A DNA stretch of 64,000 nucleotides from Desulfomicrobium sp. (GCA_040768745.1 JAXGMI010000001.1:1152001-1216000), one strand, 5' to 3'; counted from the stretch's first letter, positions 31,554-42,256 are shown. The notes: generated from the letters alone by a model not told the origin. Numbers and translations: made by a program.

Positions 31554-32035
31554 TCGTCGCTGTTCTCTCCGATACCCATCTTGAACAGCCAGACGCCCTG
31601 CTGGCTGCCCTCTTCGAACGCTACTGTCTTGACGTCGATGTGCTCCTGCACTGCGGAGACTGCGTGGGCGAGGAAACCTGGGCATTTCTCAATGCGCATC
31701 CGCACTTCCTGGCCGTGCAGGGCAACTGTGACCTGCCTCCCTTGCGCGGCGCCTTGCCAATGTTGCGCGAGGTGGAGCTGGCGGGGTTCCGGATCGGCAT
31801 GGGTCATGGCTGGGGACCTCGATCGCGGGTGGGGGAGACGGTGGCCAGTCAGTTTCACCGCGTAGATCTGGTTTGCTATGGGCACACCCATATCCGCGAT
31901 TGGCATCAGCGGGATGATGGTCTGTGGATGCTCAACCCTGGCTCTCTTTTCTGGCCCAGGTCTGGAGAGGCTGGACTGGCCCGATTGACCCTGGAGAGGG
32001 GGCGCCCCCCGGAAGTTGAATGGATAACGATCTGA
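31550..32035 (+). CDS. YfcE-family metallophosphoesterase
   Basis: SDTH, HCGD, GNCD, GHTH, NPGS. Confidence 0.9.
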   Translation: MIVAVLSDTHLEQPDALLAALFERYCLDVDVLLHCGDCVGEETWAFLNAHPHFLAVQGNCDLPPLRGALPMLREVELAGFRIGMGHGWGPRSRVGETVASQFHRVDLVCYGHTHIRDWHQRDDGLWMLNPGSLFWPRSGEAGLARLTLERGRPPEVEWITI

Positions 32036-32060
32036 AATCAGGAAAGAGGAAAGCAACGAA

Positions 32061-32083
32061 AAGGCCCGGTTGATCCGGGCCTT
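32061..32083. terminator. Terminator between convergent genes
   Basis: AAGGCCCGG-ttgat-CCGGGCCTT. Confidence 0.7.
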
Positions 32084-32086
32084 CGA

Positions 32087-33982
32087 TCAGTTTTCGATGA
32101 CGGCCGGGTTGGTGATGCGGATATCGGCCTTGGCTCTCATTTCCGAAACAGCGGCCTGCACGACCTGCTGTTCGGCCCGCTGATTGAGGGCGTTAAGCCA
32201 GATTTCTTTCTCCTGTTCCCACTCGTCGACTGCAGGAGGCGTGGTTCTTACGGCTCTGGCCAGAACGTAGCCATCGGTGAATGCGTAGCTTTCCGGCAAC
32301 CATGTGCCGGGTTCCGCCTTGAATGCAGCCGCAACCAGCCCAGGGTTGGCACCCAGACCGGGTATGGAACCCTGGCGTCCGAAAGGAGCTGTCTCTGTTG
32401 CCTTGGCGCCACCGGTGCCACCCCCCCGCAGGGTTGCCAAGTCGTTGTCCGCCTGAATCTTGGCCATTTTCAAGGCCTCTTCCCTGACCACCGCGGCCGA
32501 GATAGCTTCCTTGACCTCGTTCAGGGTTTTGGTGGTGGCCGCAGTCTGCTCCACCTTGGTGGCCAGCAGATACCCATCCTTGAGGGTCAGAGGGGATTGG
32601 GTGGTGGCATTCAGAGGCAGCTCGAAAAGGGTAGCCACGTTTTCCGGGGCTAATTCCGGCAATTCACGGGGAGCTCGCTCTCTGGTGAAGAACTCTGATT
32701 CCTGGACCTCACGCTTGAGCCCGATGCTTTTGGCGATTGATTGCAGACCTTCCCCGGCCAGGATCAGCTCCAGGGCCTGATCCAGACGGTCCTGCAACGT
32801 CTCTGCCGCACGGTCCTGGGCCAGCAGCGTCTTGATTGCTGCTTCGACATCGGCGTATGCTTGATAACCAGCCGGCTTCTTGTCCTCCACTTTGATCAAA
32901 TGGATTCCGAACTGCGTCCGCACGGGTTCACTGACCGAGCTCTTTTCAAGGGCAAACGCCGCATCTTCGAAGGCCTTGACCATCCTGCCCCGGCCAAACC
33001 AGCCCAGTGTCCCTCCGTTTTCGTTGCCGGAAGGATCCTCGGTATATTTCGCGGCCACATCGTGGAACGATTTCCCGGCCTTGAGTTCTGCCTGAGCTGC
33101 CTTGATCTTGGCCATGGCTTTGGCGACATCCGCTTCTGGCGCGCCATCATCCACGCGGACGAGGATGTGGCGGGCGTTGACCTGTTCCTCGATCCTGAAG
33201 TCGTCCTTGTGCTCTGCGTAATACGTTTCCGCTTCTGAACCAGTGACGGAGCTTTCGTCAGACAGCGTTGCGGGGTTCAGCTCCAGATAGGCAATCCTGG
33301 CCAGTGCCGGAACAGCGTATTCGGCTTTGTGCGCCTCATAGTAGGCAGCAATTTTGTCGTCCGTGGCCTTGACCTGGTCCTGAAAGCGGGCCCACGGATA
33401 CATCACGTAGGAAACAACTGCAGTGCTGCGGCTGTAGGTGTGGAAATCCCTGGCCTGATCCTCGTTCAGTCGCCCAGGCAGTCCCAGATAGGTGACGAGC
33501 TTGTCCATGATCAAGGTGCGCATGAAATCGGATTCAAATCTCCCAGGGGTGAGGTTGTTGGCCTGGAGCACCTTTTGGTAGGTCGCCGCGTCAAACACCT
33601 TGCCCTCATTCTGGAATGCCGGGATCAGGTGGATCTCTTTGGCCAACTCTTCCTTGGACACGGTCAGGCCGAGGACCGCTGCCTCTTGCAGCATCAACTC
33701 CTCGGTGATCATTTGTTCAAGGATTTGTTTTTTGAAACCCATCTGGGCCAGGATTTCAGCCGTCAGATTGGGATTCTGACTGCGGGCCATCTCCAGGCTG
33801 CGTTGCAGCCTGTCCTGGTACTGGGAAAAAATGATGGGGATATCGTTGACTGTGGCTACCACGCTGCCTTTGTCATTCTGCATGCGGTTCATGCCGAAGG
33901 CCAAGACAAAGACAGCTATGATAATTCCGAAAAGAATTTTTATTCCCCAACTCTGGGCGCCGCGGCGCAGGATATCGAGCAT
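32087..33982 (-). CDS. ppiD: Membrane-anchored periplasmic chaperone/PPIase (PpiD/SurA family)
   Basis: N-terminal TM, SurA-N domain, parvulin motif ARHIL...GGTLGWF...FEDAAF...TQFGIHLIK. Confidence 0.88.
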   Translation of the reverse strand: MLDILRRGAQSWGIKILFGIIIAVFVLAFGMNRMQNDKGSVVATVNDIPIIFSQYQDRLQRSLEMARSQNPNLTAEILAQMGFKKQILEQMITEELMLQEAAVLGLTVSKEELAKEIHLIPAFQNEGKVFDAATYQKVLQANNLTPGRFESDFMRTLIMDKLVTYLGLPGRLNEDQARDFHTYSRSTAVVSYVMYPWARFQDQVKATDDKIAAYYEAHKAEYAVPALARIAYLELNPATLSDESSVTGSEAETYYAEHKDDFRIEEQVNARHILVRVDDGAPEADVAKAMAKIKAAQAELKAGKSFHDVAAKYTEDPSGNENGGTLGWFGRGRMVKAFEDAAFALEKSSVSEPVRTQFGIHLIKVEDKKPAGYQAYADVEAAIKTLLAQDRAAETLQDRLDQALELILAGEGLQSIAKSIGLKREVQESEFFTRERAPRELPELAPENVATLFELPLNATTQSPLTLKDGYLLATKVEQTAATTKTLNEVKEAISAAVVREEALKMAKIQADNDLATLRGGGTGGAKATETAPFGRQGSIPGLGANPGLVAAAFKAEPGTWLPESYAFTDGYVLARAVRTTPPAVDEWEQEKEIWLNALNQRAEQQVVQAAVSEMRAKADIRITNPAVIEN

Positions 33983-34050
33983 TGATTCTCCGACAACGGT
34001 TCTGGGTTGTAATGGAAGCGGGAAGCCTTCGAGTCGAGTTTCCCGGGATG

Positions 34051-35973
34051 TTATTTCTGTCTGTCGTTCACGTAATTGAGCAAACCGCCCGCCTTGATAA
34101 TGGCTATCTCTCCACCCGTCAAATCGTGGAAGAGCTTGAGCTTTGTCCCGCGGGAGGTTGTGGCCTCCAGTGATGTGTCTGGGGCCAGGTCCATGAGATC
34201 TATTTTGAGGATTTCTCCCTCGGCCAGGGGTTCGTAGTCCGCAGGATTGTCCAGGATCAATGGCAGAATGCCAAAGTTGATGAGATTGGCCTTGTGGATC
34301 CGCGCAAAGGACTTGGCCACGACGACACGGACCCCGAGATGGCGAGGGGCCAAGGCCGCATGCTCACGGCTTGAACCCTGCCCGTAGTTTTCCCCTCCAA
34401 GGATAAGCCCTTGCCCGGCTTGTTCAGCCCGGGCCACGAAATCCTGGTCCACTCGTTCAAAGACGTGTTTGCTGATGGCCGGGATGTTCGAGCGGAGGGC
34501 GGTGATAGCCGCTCCGGCAGGCATGATGTGGTCCGTTGTGATGTTGTCGCCGACCTTGATCAGCACGGGCAGTTCGAGGCTCTTAGGTAACCGGCTGAAA
34601 GGGGAAAGGGCGACGATGTTCGGCCCGCGCAGTATTTTCACCTGCGAACCGTCCGCGGGTGGGTACGCAAAAAGGTTGCGGATGGATGGAGCTTTTTGGG
34701 GCAGCGAGGGTGCGGACACAGATTTTGTCCAACTGTCCGGGTTCGTGAACTTTCCGTTCACGGCGCAAAATGCGGCGGTTATGGGACTGACCAGATAGAT
34801 CTGGCCATCCTGAGTGCCGCTGCGTCCTTCGAAATTGCGATTGAAGGTCCGGGCACTGACTCCACCGCTGTTGGGCGAGCCGCCCATGCCAATACATGGG
34901 CCGCACGTGCATTCCATGAGCCGTCCGCCGGCATCGAGAATGGGATCAAGCAGGCCTTCGCGCATGAGCATCTTCAGTACCTGTTTGGATCCGGGGGACA
35001 GAAGCAGGTCGGTGTTGGGTGCGAGATGTTCTCCTTTGAGGATCTGAGCCACACTCTGCAAGTCCGAGAACGAGGAGTTGGTGCAGGAGCCGATGGCCAC
35101 CTGATCCACGGCCAATCCGTCCAGTTCGGCCACAGGCACTACCCTGTCGGGCATGTGCGGTTGGGCGGCCAAGGGGATGATGGAGCTCAGGTCAATGATC
35201 AGCTCATGGTCGTACCGGGCATCCTCGTCGGCGGCGAGAGGGGTGAAATCCTGCTCACGCCCCATGAGTTTGAGGAAATCTCGGGTCTGTCCATCGCTCG
35301 GGAATATGGACGTCGTGGCACCCAATTCCGCGCCCATGTTGGTGATGGTGGCTCGCTCGGGTACGCTCAGGGTGGCCACTCCAGGTCCGCAGTATTCCAT
35401 GACTGCGCCCACGCCACCCTTGACGGAAAGGAGTCCGAGGAGATGCAGGATGACATCCTTGGCCGAGGCGTAGCCCGAAAGTTTGCCGATCAGCCAGATT
35501 TTGAACACCTTGGGCATGGTGATGGAATATGGTTCGCCGGCCATGGCCAGGGCCACGGACAGTCCCCCCGCGCCCATGGCCAGGGAGCCGATTCCTCCAG
35601 CTGTGGGGGTATGCGAGTCAGAGCCAATCAGAGTTTTGCCGGGAACTGCAAAGTTTTCCAGATGCAGTTGGTGGCAAATGCCCGTGCCCGGGGGGGAGAA
35701 AATGATTCCGTACTTGGCCGCGATACTGCGCAGGAATCGGTGGTCGTCAGGGTTCCGGAAGCCCATCTGCAGGGTGTTGTGGTCCACGTAGCTGACGGAC
35801 AGCTCGGTTTTGACCCTGGGCAGGCCAATGGCTTCCCATTGGAGGTAGGCCATGGTTCCTGTGGCGTCCTGGGTCAAGGTCTGGTCTATCTTGATGGCCA
35901 CCTCGCCGCCGGGCGTCATGTTGCCGTCCACGAGGTGCGCTGCGATAATTTTTTGGGTTAAATTTTGCTTCAT
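34051..35973 (-). CDS. Aconitate hydratase (short, putative AcnA-type)
   Basis: DQTLTQDATG, GSDSHT, IGSCTN, CGPCIG, NRNFEGR, NYGQGSSREHA; GGAG RBS before MKQNL. Confidence 0.9.
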   Translation of the reverse strand: MKQNLTQKIIAAHLVDGNMTPGGEVAIKIDQTLTQDATGTMAYLQWEAIGLPRVKTELSVSYVDHNTLQMGFRNPDDHRFLRSIAAKYGIIFSPPGTGICHQLHLENFAVPGKTLIGSDSHTPTAGGIGSLAMGAGGLSVALAMAGEPYSITMPKVFKIWLIGKLSGYASAKDVILHLLGLLSVKGGVGAVMEYCGPGVATLSVPERATITNMGAELGATTSIFPSDGQTRDFLKLMGREQDFTPLAADEDARYDHELIIDLSSIIPLAAQPHMPDRVVPVAELDGLAVDQVAIGSCTNSSFSDLQSVAQILKGEHLAPNTDLLLSPGSKQVLKMLMREGLLDPILDAGGRLMECTCGPCIGMGGSPNSGGVSARTFNRNFEGRSGTQDGQIYLVSPITAAFCAVNGKFTNPDSWTKSVSAPSLPQKAPSIRNLFAYPPADGSQVKILRGPNIVALSPFSRLPKSLELPVLIKVGDNITTDHIMPAGAAITALRSNIPAISKHVFERVDQDFVARAEQAGQGLILGGENYGQGSSREHAALAPRHLGVRVVVAKSFARIHKANLINFGILPLILDNPADYEPLAEGEILKIDLMDLAPDTSLEATTSRGTKLKLFHDLTGGEIAIIKAGGLLNYVNDRQK

Positions 35974-36042
35974 GCCAACTCCTTGTCGTGAAAATACGAA
36001 AAAAATTATCCCCCAGTCTCGACTGGGGGCCACCCTTGAGGT

Positions 36043-36315
36043 CTACCAGGTTGATTTCAGGCGGCGCAGCTTGGCCTGCAGGAACTGGATTTCAGTGTCC
36101 AGGCGAAGGTTATCCTGCTGCAGGTGGAAAATGCGTTCGTGGTAGCACACGCCGTTTGCAGGATTTTCCTCCATCAGCAGAAGCTTGACCTCTGCCTGAA
36201 CGGCGGCTTGTTCGTGCTGGAGGCACTCAATCTCGTGTTCGGTGGCCTCAATCAGCTGTGATTCGGATCCGTTTGCGCTTTGGCTTGTCATGGTCTGGTT
36301 CATCTGCGGGTTCAT
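36043..36315 (-). CDS. Small coiled-coil hypothetical protein (start uncertain; overlaps 3' end of upstream gene)
   Basis: Heptad-rich 90-aa ORF followed by hairpin CCCCAGTC-tc-GACTGGGG. Confidence 0.55.
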   Translation of the reverse strand: MNPQMNQTMTSQSANGSESQLIEATEHEIECLQHEQAAVQAEVKLLLMEENPANGVCYHERIFHLQQDNLRLDTEIQFLQAKLRRLKSTW

Positions 36316-37888
36316 CGTTGCGGGGTGGATGAATGAAGTTTTGAGGTTCAGGGAGGTTCATGAATATTTTCCAGAACCACGGCCATGCCGAGGAGATATT
36401 GTCTGCATTGGCCATGCAGATGCCGGGAAGAGTAAACGAAATAAGGGCGCCGGCCAAGGTCCAGTAGGGCCCGGGACTTCTCCATGGGGATTCGGTGCCC
36501 TTTTTGACTCCAGGCAAGCCAAGGTGGAGCACTCCAGATTCCATGGAATAGCCGATGCCAAAATTTTCCAGAAGGTCCTGTGCGAGCTCAGCATCCTCGC
36601 GGGAGGTGTCGAGGGTAATTGAACACTTGGTCTTGAGGCCCAGGGCCATGGCCAGGATGAGGGGAAGGTATTCCTGGCATGAGGAGACATCGATTAAAAG
36701 GTGTTTGGGCCGATGTCCCATACGGGACGTGATCTGATCCGGGCCGACCGTGATTCGCACCCCGAATTCATAGACGATGTCCATGACGTCCTGCAGATAC
36801 GGGAGGTGTTCTGGCCACTTCCCCTGCAGCCGTACCGTGCCATCCGCAAAGAAGGGCAAAACCAGGAGGTAGAGGCTCATCAAGGGGTCGACGGGTATGT
36901 CCACTCTGGACACATCGAGATTGATGGGAGCTGGCGGAATGATCAGATTTATGCCTTCAAACTGGAGCTCCGGCAGATACTGCTGCAAAAAAAAGATGCC
37001 CTTACGCAGCAGCTTGCTGTTCCAGTAGGAATCGTGCAGCCGGATGGAAAGTCCGGCCTTGAAAGTGGTGGCCGCGACTGCCAGGGCCAAGATGAATTTT
37101 TTGGACAGGCCTGGCGGAATGGTGATTGAGGCGGGAAGCTGACCACTGGTCTCGACCCGAACGGGCAGTCCGTTGCTGTGTGGCTCGACGATGGTCAGCC
37201 TGGCGCCCAGTTGCGGCAGAATTTCTTGGACCGGGCGAACGTCGTGGATTTTCAGTTTAGTCGAACCTGTGAACTTGACGCGGGTGACCTGGCCCAGGGA
37301 CAGGCAGAGGAGCAGATAAAAGTGGAACTTGCTCTGCCCGGCATAGAGGATCTTGTTGTCCATGGTCCAGCCGGGGACTGGCTGGGTGGTGCATTGCCGG
37401 TTCTGAAAATTGAGATTGAAGCCGCAAAGATTGAGGGCGTTGATCAGTTCCAGCGAGATATCGTTGCTTTGGAACGGGGCTATGGTCAATGGTGTAGAAC
37501 TTGTGGCGCCCAGAAAAAACATCATGCTCCGGAGGATTTGGTCTCGGGGTGCATCCAGTTCTATGTTGACTGGTTTTCTTCTGGGAAAGAGGCACAGCGG
37601 CTTTTCGCCGGATGAATTGCGTTCAACCCGCGCGTAGGCGAGGTTGTTGGACAGGTGAAAGATTTTTTTCAGTAGCTGGGGCTCGAGATTTTCGCCCGCA
37701 GAACTGTCTCGCCAGACCTGCCACAGCTGTTTTTCCTGGGCAGGGTCTGTGATGCCTAAGTTTTTGGACCGCCTCGATGCCGCGGCCCTGGCCAAAAGAT
37801 TGGTGCGAGCGACAAGGGTCGTGACGAGTTTCTCGTCCAGTTGCGCCAACTCCTGAGTCAAGGGCAGTGAAGAGCGTTTTTCGGCCAT
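36248..37888 (-). CDS. Chorismate mutase-like N-domain fused to degenerate EPSP-synthase-like fold
   Basis: LAQLDEKLVTTLVART...DPAQEKQL (AroQ-like); RVKFTGSTKLK...LPQLGARL...GLPVRV (AroA-like). Confidence 0.6.
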   Translation of the reverse strand: MAEKRSSLPLTQELAQLDEKLVTTLVARTNLLARAAASRRSKNLGITDPAQEKQLWQVWRDSSAGENLEPQLLKKIFHLSNNLAYARVERNSSGEKPLCLFPRRKPVNIELDAPRDQILRSMMFFLGATSSTPLTIAPFQSNDISLELINALNLCGFNLNFQNRQCTTQPVPGWTMDNKILYAGQSKFHFYLLLCLSLGQVTRVKFTGSTKLKIHDVRPVQEILPQLGARLTIVEPHSNGLPVRVETSGQLPASITIPPGLSKKFILALAVAATTFKAGLSIRLHDSYWNSKLLRKGIFFLQQYLPELQFEGINLIIPPAPINLDVSRVDIPVDPLMSLYLLVLPFFADGTVRLQGKWPEHLPYLQDVMDIVYEFGVRITVGPDQITSRMGHRPKHLLIDVSSCQEYLPLILAMALGLKTKCSITLDTSREDAELAQDLLENFGIGYSMESGVLHLGLPGVKKGTESPWRSPGPYWTLAGALISFTLPGICMANADNISSAWPWFWKIFMNLPEPQNFIHPPRNDEPADEPDHDKPKRKRIRITAD

Positions 37889-38084
37889 GGGGATAAATAT
37901 CGGGCTAGGAGGTTGTGTGACCGCGAGAGCGAATTCATGCGGTTTGATGACTTCGAGGCACACACTTAACAACAAGATGGCTCGCATGGCAAGCAAAGAA
38001 TGCATATATTTCAAATAATTCCTTGGTATATTTGACAGCAATGACTCAGGGGATAGTTTAACTTTCATCAAAGTTGACTTGGCT

Positions 38085-38203
38085 TTGTGAAGAGGTGATC
38101 AAATATTTTCCGAGGTTGATAAAAAAATCACAAAAGGGTTGACAACGTGGCAGATGCGAAGCAAATTGGGGCCTCATCCCGTTGTTTGTGAAATTATAAA
38201 CAA
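38085..38203. promoter_or_regulatory. sat promoter region with Rex-like operators
   Basis: TTGTGAAGAGGTGATCAA (38085), TTGATAAAAAAATCACAA (38116), TTGTGAAATTATAAACAA (38186) vs TTGTGAA-W4-TTCACAA; TTGACA at 38139. Confidence 0.65.
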
Positions 38204-38227
38204 ACTATATTTAGGAGGATCCGCATT

Positions 38228-39496
38228 ATGGCTCTCGTACCCCCTCATGGTGGAAAAGGTTTGGTTTGCTGTCTGCTTCAGGGTGCTGAACTGGCTGCCG
38301 AACAGAAAAAGGCCACAACTCTGAAGAAGATCGAAATCAGCCCCCGCGCCAAGGGCGATTTGATTATGATGGGAATTGGTGGCTTCAGCCCGCTGAGCGG
38401 TTTCATGACCAAGGCTGACTGGAAGTCCGTGTGCGAAAAGTTCACGCTGGCCGACGGAACCTTCTGGCCCGTGCCTGTGACCCTGGACACTGACGAAGCG
38501 GTGAAAGTCGGTGAAGAGATTGCGCTGTTTGACCCCAAGAAGGGTGTGTTCATGGCGACCATGAAGGTCACCGAAGTCTATGAAATGACCGAGGCCGACA
38601 AGAAGTGGGAATGCGAAAAGGTTTACAAGGGCAAGGGCGAAGAGTCTGCAGACGACAAGTTCTGGGAAATCGCCCCGAAGGATCATCCCGGTGTCCAGAT
38701 GGTTCTGGCGCAGAAGAAGTACAATGTGGCCGGCCCGGTCAAGGTCCTGTCTGAGGGCGATTATCGCGAGAGATTCCCCGGTTGCTACATGTCCCCGGCC
38801 GAAGCCCGCAAGACCTTCGAGGAAAAGGGCTGGAGCAAGGTTGCTGCTCTGCAGCTGCGCAACCCCATGCACCGCTCCCATGAATTCCTGGCCAAGATCG
38901 CCGTGGAAGTCTGCGACGGCGTATTCATTCACTCCCTGGTCGGCAACCTGAAGCCCGGCGATATTCCGGCCGAAGTACGCATCAAGTGTATCGACACGTT
39001 GATCGACAAGTACTTTGTGAAGGCCAATGTGGTGCAGGGCGGCTATCCCCTGGATATGCGCTATGCCGGTCCCCGTGAAGGCCTGCTGCACGCCACTTTC
39101 CGTCAGAACTACGGCGTGTCCGACATGCTGATCGGACGCGACCATGCCGGTGTCGGCGATTTCTATGGTTTGTTCGAGGCGCAGGAGATCTTTGACCGCA
39201 TTCCCAAGAATCTGGGGCCCGGCAAGGATCTGATCACGCAGCCCATGAAGATCGACTGGACCTTCTACTGCTACAAGTGTGATGGCATGGCCTCCCTGCG
39301 TACCTGTCCGCACGGCAAGGAAGACCGCGTTGTCCTGTCCGGCACCAAGCTGCGCAAGGCCCTGTCCGAAGGAGCTCCCGTCGCAGATCACTTCGGCCGT
39401 GACGAAGTCCTGGACATCCTGCGCGAGTACTATTCCAGCTTGACCGAAAAGGTTGAAATCAAGATGCAGAGCCACGCTGCCGCAACCAAGATGTAA
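38228..39496 (+). CDS. sat: Dissimilatory sulfate adenylyltransferase
   Basis: [35 protein letters not shown]. Confidence 0.98.
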   Translation: MALVPPHGGKGLVCCLLQGAELAAEQKKATTLKKIEISPRAKGDLIMMGIGGFSPLSGFMTKADWKSVCEKFTLADGTFWPVPVTLDTDEAVKVGEEIALFDPKKGVFMATMKVTEVYEMTEADKKWECEKVYKGKGEESADDKFWEIAPKDHPGVQMVLAQKKYNVAGPVKVLSEGDYRERFPGCYMSPAEARKTFEEKGWSKVAALQLRNPMHRSHEFLAKIAVEVCDGVFIHSLVGNLKPGDIPAEVRIKCIDTLIDKYFVKANVVQGGYPLDMRYAGPREGLLHATFRQNYGVSDMLIGRDHAGVGDFYGLFEAQEIFDRIPKNLGPGKDLITQPMKIDWTFYCYKCDGMASLRTCPHGKEDRVVLSGTKLRKALSEGAPVADHFGRDEVLDILREYYSSLTEKVEIKMQSHAAATKM

Positions 39497-39512
39497 TTGT
39501 TTAATCCTGTCT

Positions 39513-39541
39513 CCCGGGAAGGAGTCGTCCTCCTTCCCGGG
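39513..39541 (+). terminator. Hairpin after sat
   Basis: CCCGGGAAGGAG-tcgtc-CTCCTTCCCGGG; weak U-tract. Confidence 0.6.
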
Positions 39542-39588
39542 TCGAGTTTGATGCGCGCGGGGCGAGCCCACCTGCGTCCGCTACTGGG

Positions 39589-39625
39589 TTGACAGCGTGA
39601 ATACGCTTTGATAAAAGATTCACAA
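39589..39625 (+). promoter_or_regulatory. aprBA sigma70 promoter with Rex-like box over the -10
   Basis: TTGACA-N17-TAAAAG; TTGATAAAAGATTCACAA at 39608-39625. Confidence 0.65.
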
Positions 39626-39699
39626 GCATTATGCTTGGGAGTTGTCTGTTTTGTTCGGGCCTGTGGCTAAGTAGTTTAAACTATTTAATTGGAGGAATT

Positions 39700-40188
39700 A
39701 TGCCAACCTTTGTTGATCCAGCAAAGTGTGATGGGTGCAAGGGCGGTGAAAAGACTGCCTGCATGTACATCTGTCCTAATGACCTGATGATCCTGGACCC
39801 GGTTGAGATGAAGGCCTACAACCAGGAGCCGTCCGCTTGCTGGGAATGTTATTCCTGCGTTAAGATTTGCCCCCAGGGCGCCATCACCGCTCGTCCTTAT
39901 GCTGACTTCGCCCCCATGGGTGGCACCTGTATCCCGCTGCGCGGCGCCGAGGACATCATGTGGACCGTCCAGTTCCGCAACGGCGAAGTGAAACGCTTCA
40001 AGTTCCCCATCCGCACCACGGTGGAGGGTTCCATCAAGCCGTATGATGGCAAGCCCGAAGGCGCGGATCTGGAAAACGAACTGCTGTTCACTGAAACAGC
40101 CCTGAAGCTCCCCAAAGAGGCTTTGGGCAAGAAGTTCGAGGTCGGTGAAGCAGATCTGAAGGTCACCTTCAAGTCGGCCGTTGCCTAA
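39700..40188 (+). CDS. aprB: Adenylylsulfate reductase beta subunit
   Basis: MPTFVDPAKCDGC...CMYICP...CWECYSCVKICP. Confidence 0.98.
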   Translation: MPTFVDPAKCDGCKGGEKTACMYICPNDLMILDPVEMKAYNQEPSACWECYSCVKICPQGAITARPYADFAPMGGTCIPLRGAEDIMWTVQFRNGEVKRFKFPIRTTVEGSIKPYDGKPEGADLENELLFTETALKLPKEALGKKFEVGEADLKVTFKSAVA

Positions 40189-40227
40189 TTCAGGGCTTTC
40201 TAACGCAAGAAATTTCAGGAGGAACAC

Positions 40228-42213
40228 ATGCCTCAGATTCCCGTTAAAGAAACGATCAAGGGTTTGGCCCTGGCCGAGCCGGAACTGGTTGAGCTTGAAA
40301 CCGACGTCCTTATGGTCGGTGGTGGCATGGGCAACTGTGGCGCGGCCTTCGAGGCCTGCCGCTGGGCTGACAAATTGGGCGTGAAAGTGCTGCTGGTCGA
40401 CAAGGCTGCCATCGATCGGGGTGGTGCTGTTGCCCAGGGTCTGTCCGCCATCAATACCTACATCGGCGAGAACGAGGCCGATGATTACGTGCGCATGGTC
40501 CGCACCGACCTCATGGGTCTGGTCCGCGAAGATCTGATCTTCGACCTGGGCCGCCACGTCGACGATTCAGTCCATCTGTTTGAAGAGTGGGGCCTGCCCT
40601 GCTGGATCAAGAAAGATGGGAAAAACCTGGACGGCGCGCAGGCCAAGAAAGAAGGCCTGTCCCTGCGCAAGGGCGACGCCCCGGTCCGTTCCGGCCGTTG
40701 GCAGATCATGATCAACGGTGAGTCCTACAAGGTCATCGTTGCTGAAGCCGCCAAGAACGCCCTGGGCCAGGATCGCTACATCGAGCGTCTCTTCATCGTG
40801 AAACTGCTTCTGGACGCCAAGGTCCCGAACCAGATCGCCGGTGCCGTGGGCTTCTCTGTTCGCGAAAATAAAGTGTATGTCATCAAGGCCAAGGCCATGT
40901 CCGTGGCTTGTGGTGGCGCCGTCAACGTATACCGTCCCCGGTCCACCGGTGAAGGTCTCGGTCGCGCATGGTATCCTGTTTGGAACGCTGGTTCCACATA
41001 CACCATGTGCGCCCAGGTCGGTGCTGAGATGACCATGATGGAAAACCGTTTCGTCCCCGCCCGCTTCAAAGACGGATACGGGCCGGTCGGCGCATGGTTC
41101 CTGCTCTTCAAGGCCAAAGCCACCAATTCCAAGGGCGAAGACTACTGTGTCACCAACCGCGCCATGCTGAAGCCTTACGAGGATCGCGGTTACGCCAAGG
41201 GACACGTCATTCCCACATGTCTGCGCAACCACATGATGCTGCGTGAAATGCGCGAAGGCCGCGGGCCCATCTATATGGACACCGCTACCGCGCTGAATAC
41301 CACCTTCGCGACACTGTCCAAGGCCGAGCAGAAGCACCTTGAGTCAGAAGCTTGGGAAGACTTCCTGGATATGTGTGTTGGTCAGGCCAACCTGTGGGCG
41401 GCCATGAACATCAAGCCCGAAGAACGCGGCTCCGAAATCATGCCCACTGAGCCCTATCTGCTCGGATCGCACTCCGGCTGCTGCGGCATCTGGGTTTCCG
41501 GCCCGAACGAACCCTGGGTTCCGGAAGAATACAAAGTCAAGGCTGCCAACGGGAAGGTCTACAACCGCATGACCACGGTCAACGGTCTGTTCACCTGCGC
41601 TGACGGCGTCGGTGCTTCCGGTCACAAGTTCTCCTCCGGCTCCCACGCCGAAGGCCGCATCGTCGGCAAGCAGTTAGTCCGCTACGCCGTCGATCACAAA
41701 GACTTCAAGCCCGCGCTGAACATCTCGGCCGCTGACCTGAAGAAGGAAATCTACCAGCCCTGGTACACCTACGAGCAGTTCAAGGGCGCATCCACTGATC
41801 CGGTCGTCAACCCGAACTACATCTCCCCGAACAACTTCATGATGCGCCTGATCAAGGCCACCGATGAATACGGCGGGGGTGTTTCTACCCTGTACACCAC
41901 TTCTGACAGGCTGCTCGACACCGGCTTCGCCCTGCTCGACATGCTGGAAGAAGACTCCAAGAAGCTGGCTGCCCGCGACCTGCACGAGTTGCTGCGTTGC
42001 TGGGAACAGTACCACAGACTGTGGACCGTGCGGCTGCACATGCAGCACATCCGTTTCCGCCAGGAAAGCCGTTACCCCGGTTTCTACTATCGCGCAGACT
42101 TCATGGGTCTGGACGATTCCAAGTGGAAGTGCTTCGTTAACTCCAAGTTCAATCCGGCCACTGGTGAAACCGTTATCTTCAAGAAAAATTACTACCAGAT
42201 CATCCCTGACTAG
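40228..42213 (+). CDS. aprA: Adenylylsulfate reductase alpha subunit
   Basis: AVAQGLSAINTY, RWQIMINGESYK, MMENRFVPARFKDGYGPVGAWF, GHKFSSGSHAEG. Confidence 0.98.
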   Translation: MPQIPVKETIKGLALAEPELVELETDVLMVGGGMGNCGAAFEACRWADKLGVKVLLVDKAAIDRGGAVAQGLSAINTYIGENEADDYVRMVRTDLMGLVREDLIFDLGRHVDDSVHLFEEWGLPCWIKKDGKNLDGAQAKKEGLSLRKGDAPVRSGRWQIMINGESYKVIVAEAAKNALGQDRYIERLFIVKLLLDAKVPNQIAGAVGFSVRENKVYVIKAKAMSVACGGAVNVYRPRSTGEGLGRAWYPVWNAGSTYTMCAQVGAEMTMMENRFVPARFKDGYGPVGAWFLLFKAKATNSKGEDYCVTNRAMLKPYEDRGYAKGHVIPTCLRNHMMLREMREGRGPIYMDTATALNTTFATLSKAEQKHLESEAWEDFLDMCVGQANLWAAMNIKPEERGSEIMPTEPYLLGSHSGCCGIWVSGPNEPWVPEEYKVKAANGKVYNRMTTVNGLFTCADGVGASGHKFSSGSHAEGRIVGKQLVRYAVDHKDFKPALNISAADLKKEIYQPWYTYEQFKGASTDPVVNPNYISPNNFMMRLIKATDEYGGGVSTLYTTSDRLLDTGFALLDMLEEDSKKLAARDLHELLRCWEQYHRLWTVRLHMQHIRFRQESRYPGFYYRADFMGLDDSKWKCFVNSKFNPATGETVIFKKNYYQIIPD

Positions 42214-42223
42214 TTTATGGGCC

Positions 42224-42256
42224 AAAAGGCTGCGGGCTCGTCCCGCAGCCTTTTTT
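42224..42256 (+). terminator. Intrinsic terminator after aprA
   Basis: AAAAGGCTGCGGG-ctcg-TCCCGCAGCCTTTTTT. Confidence 0.85.
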
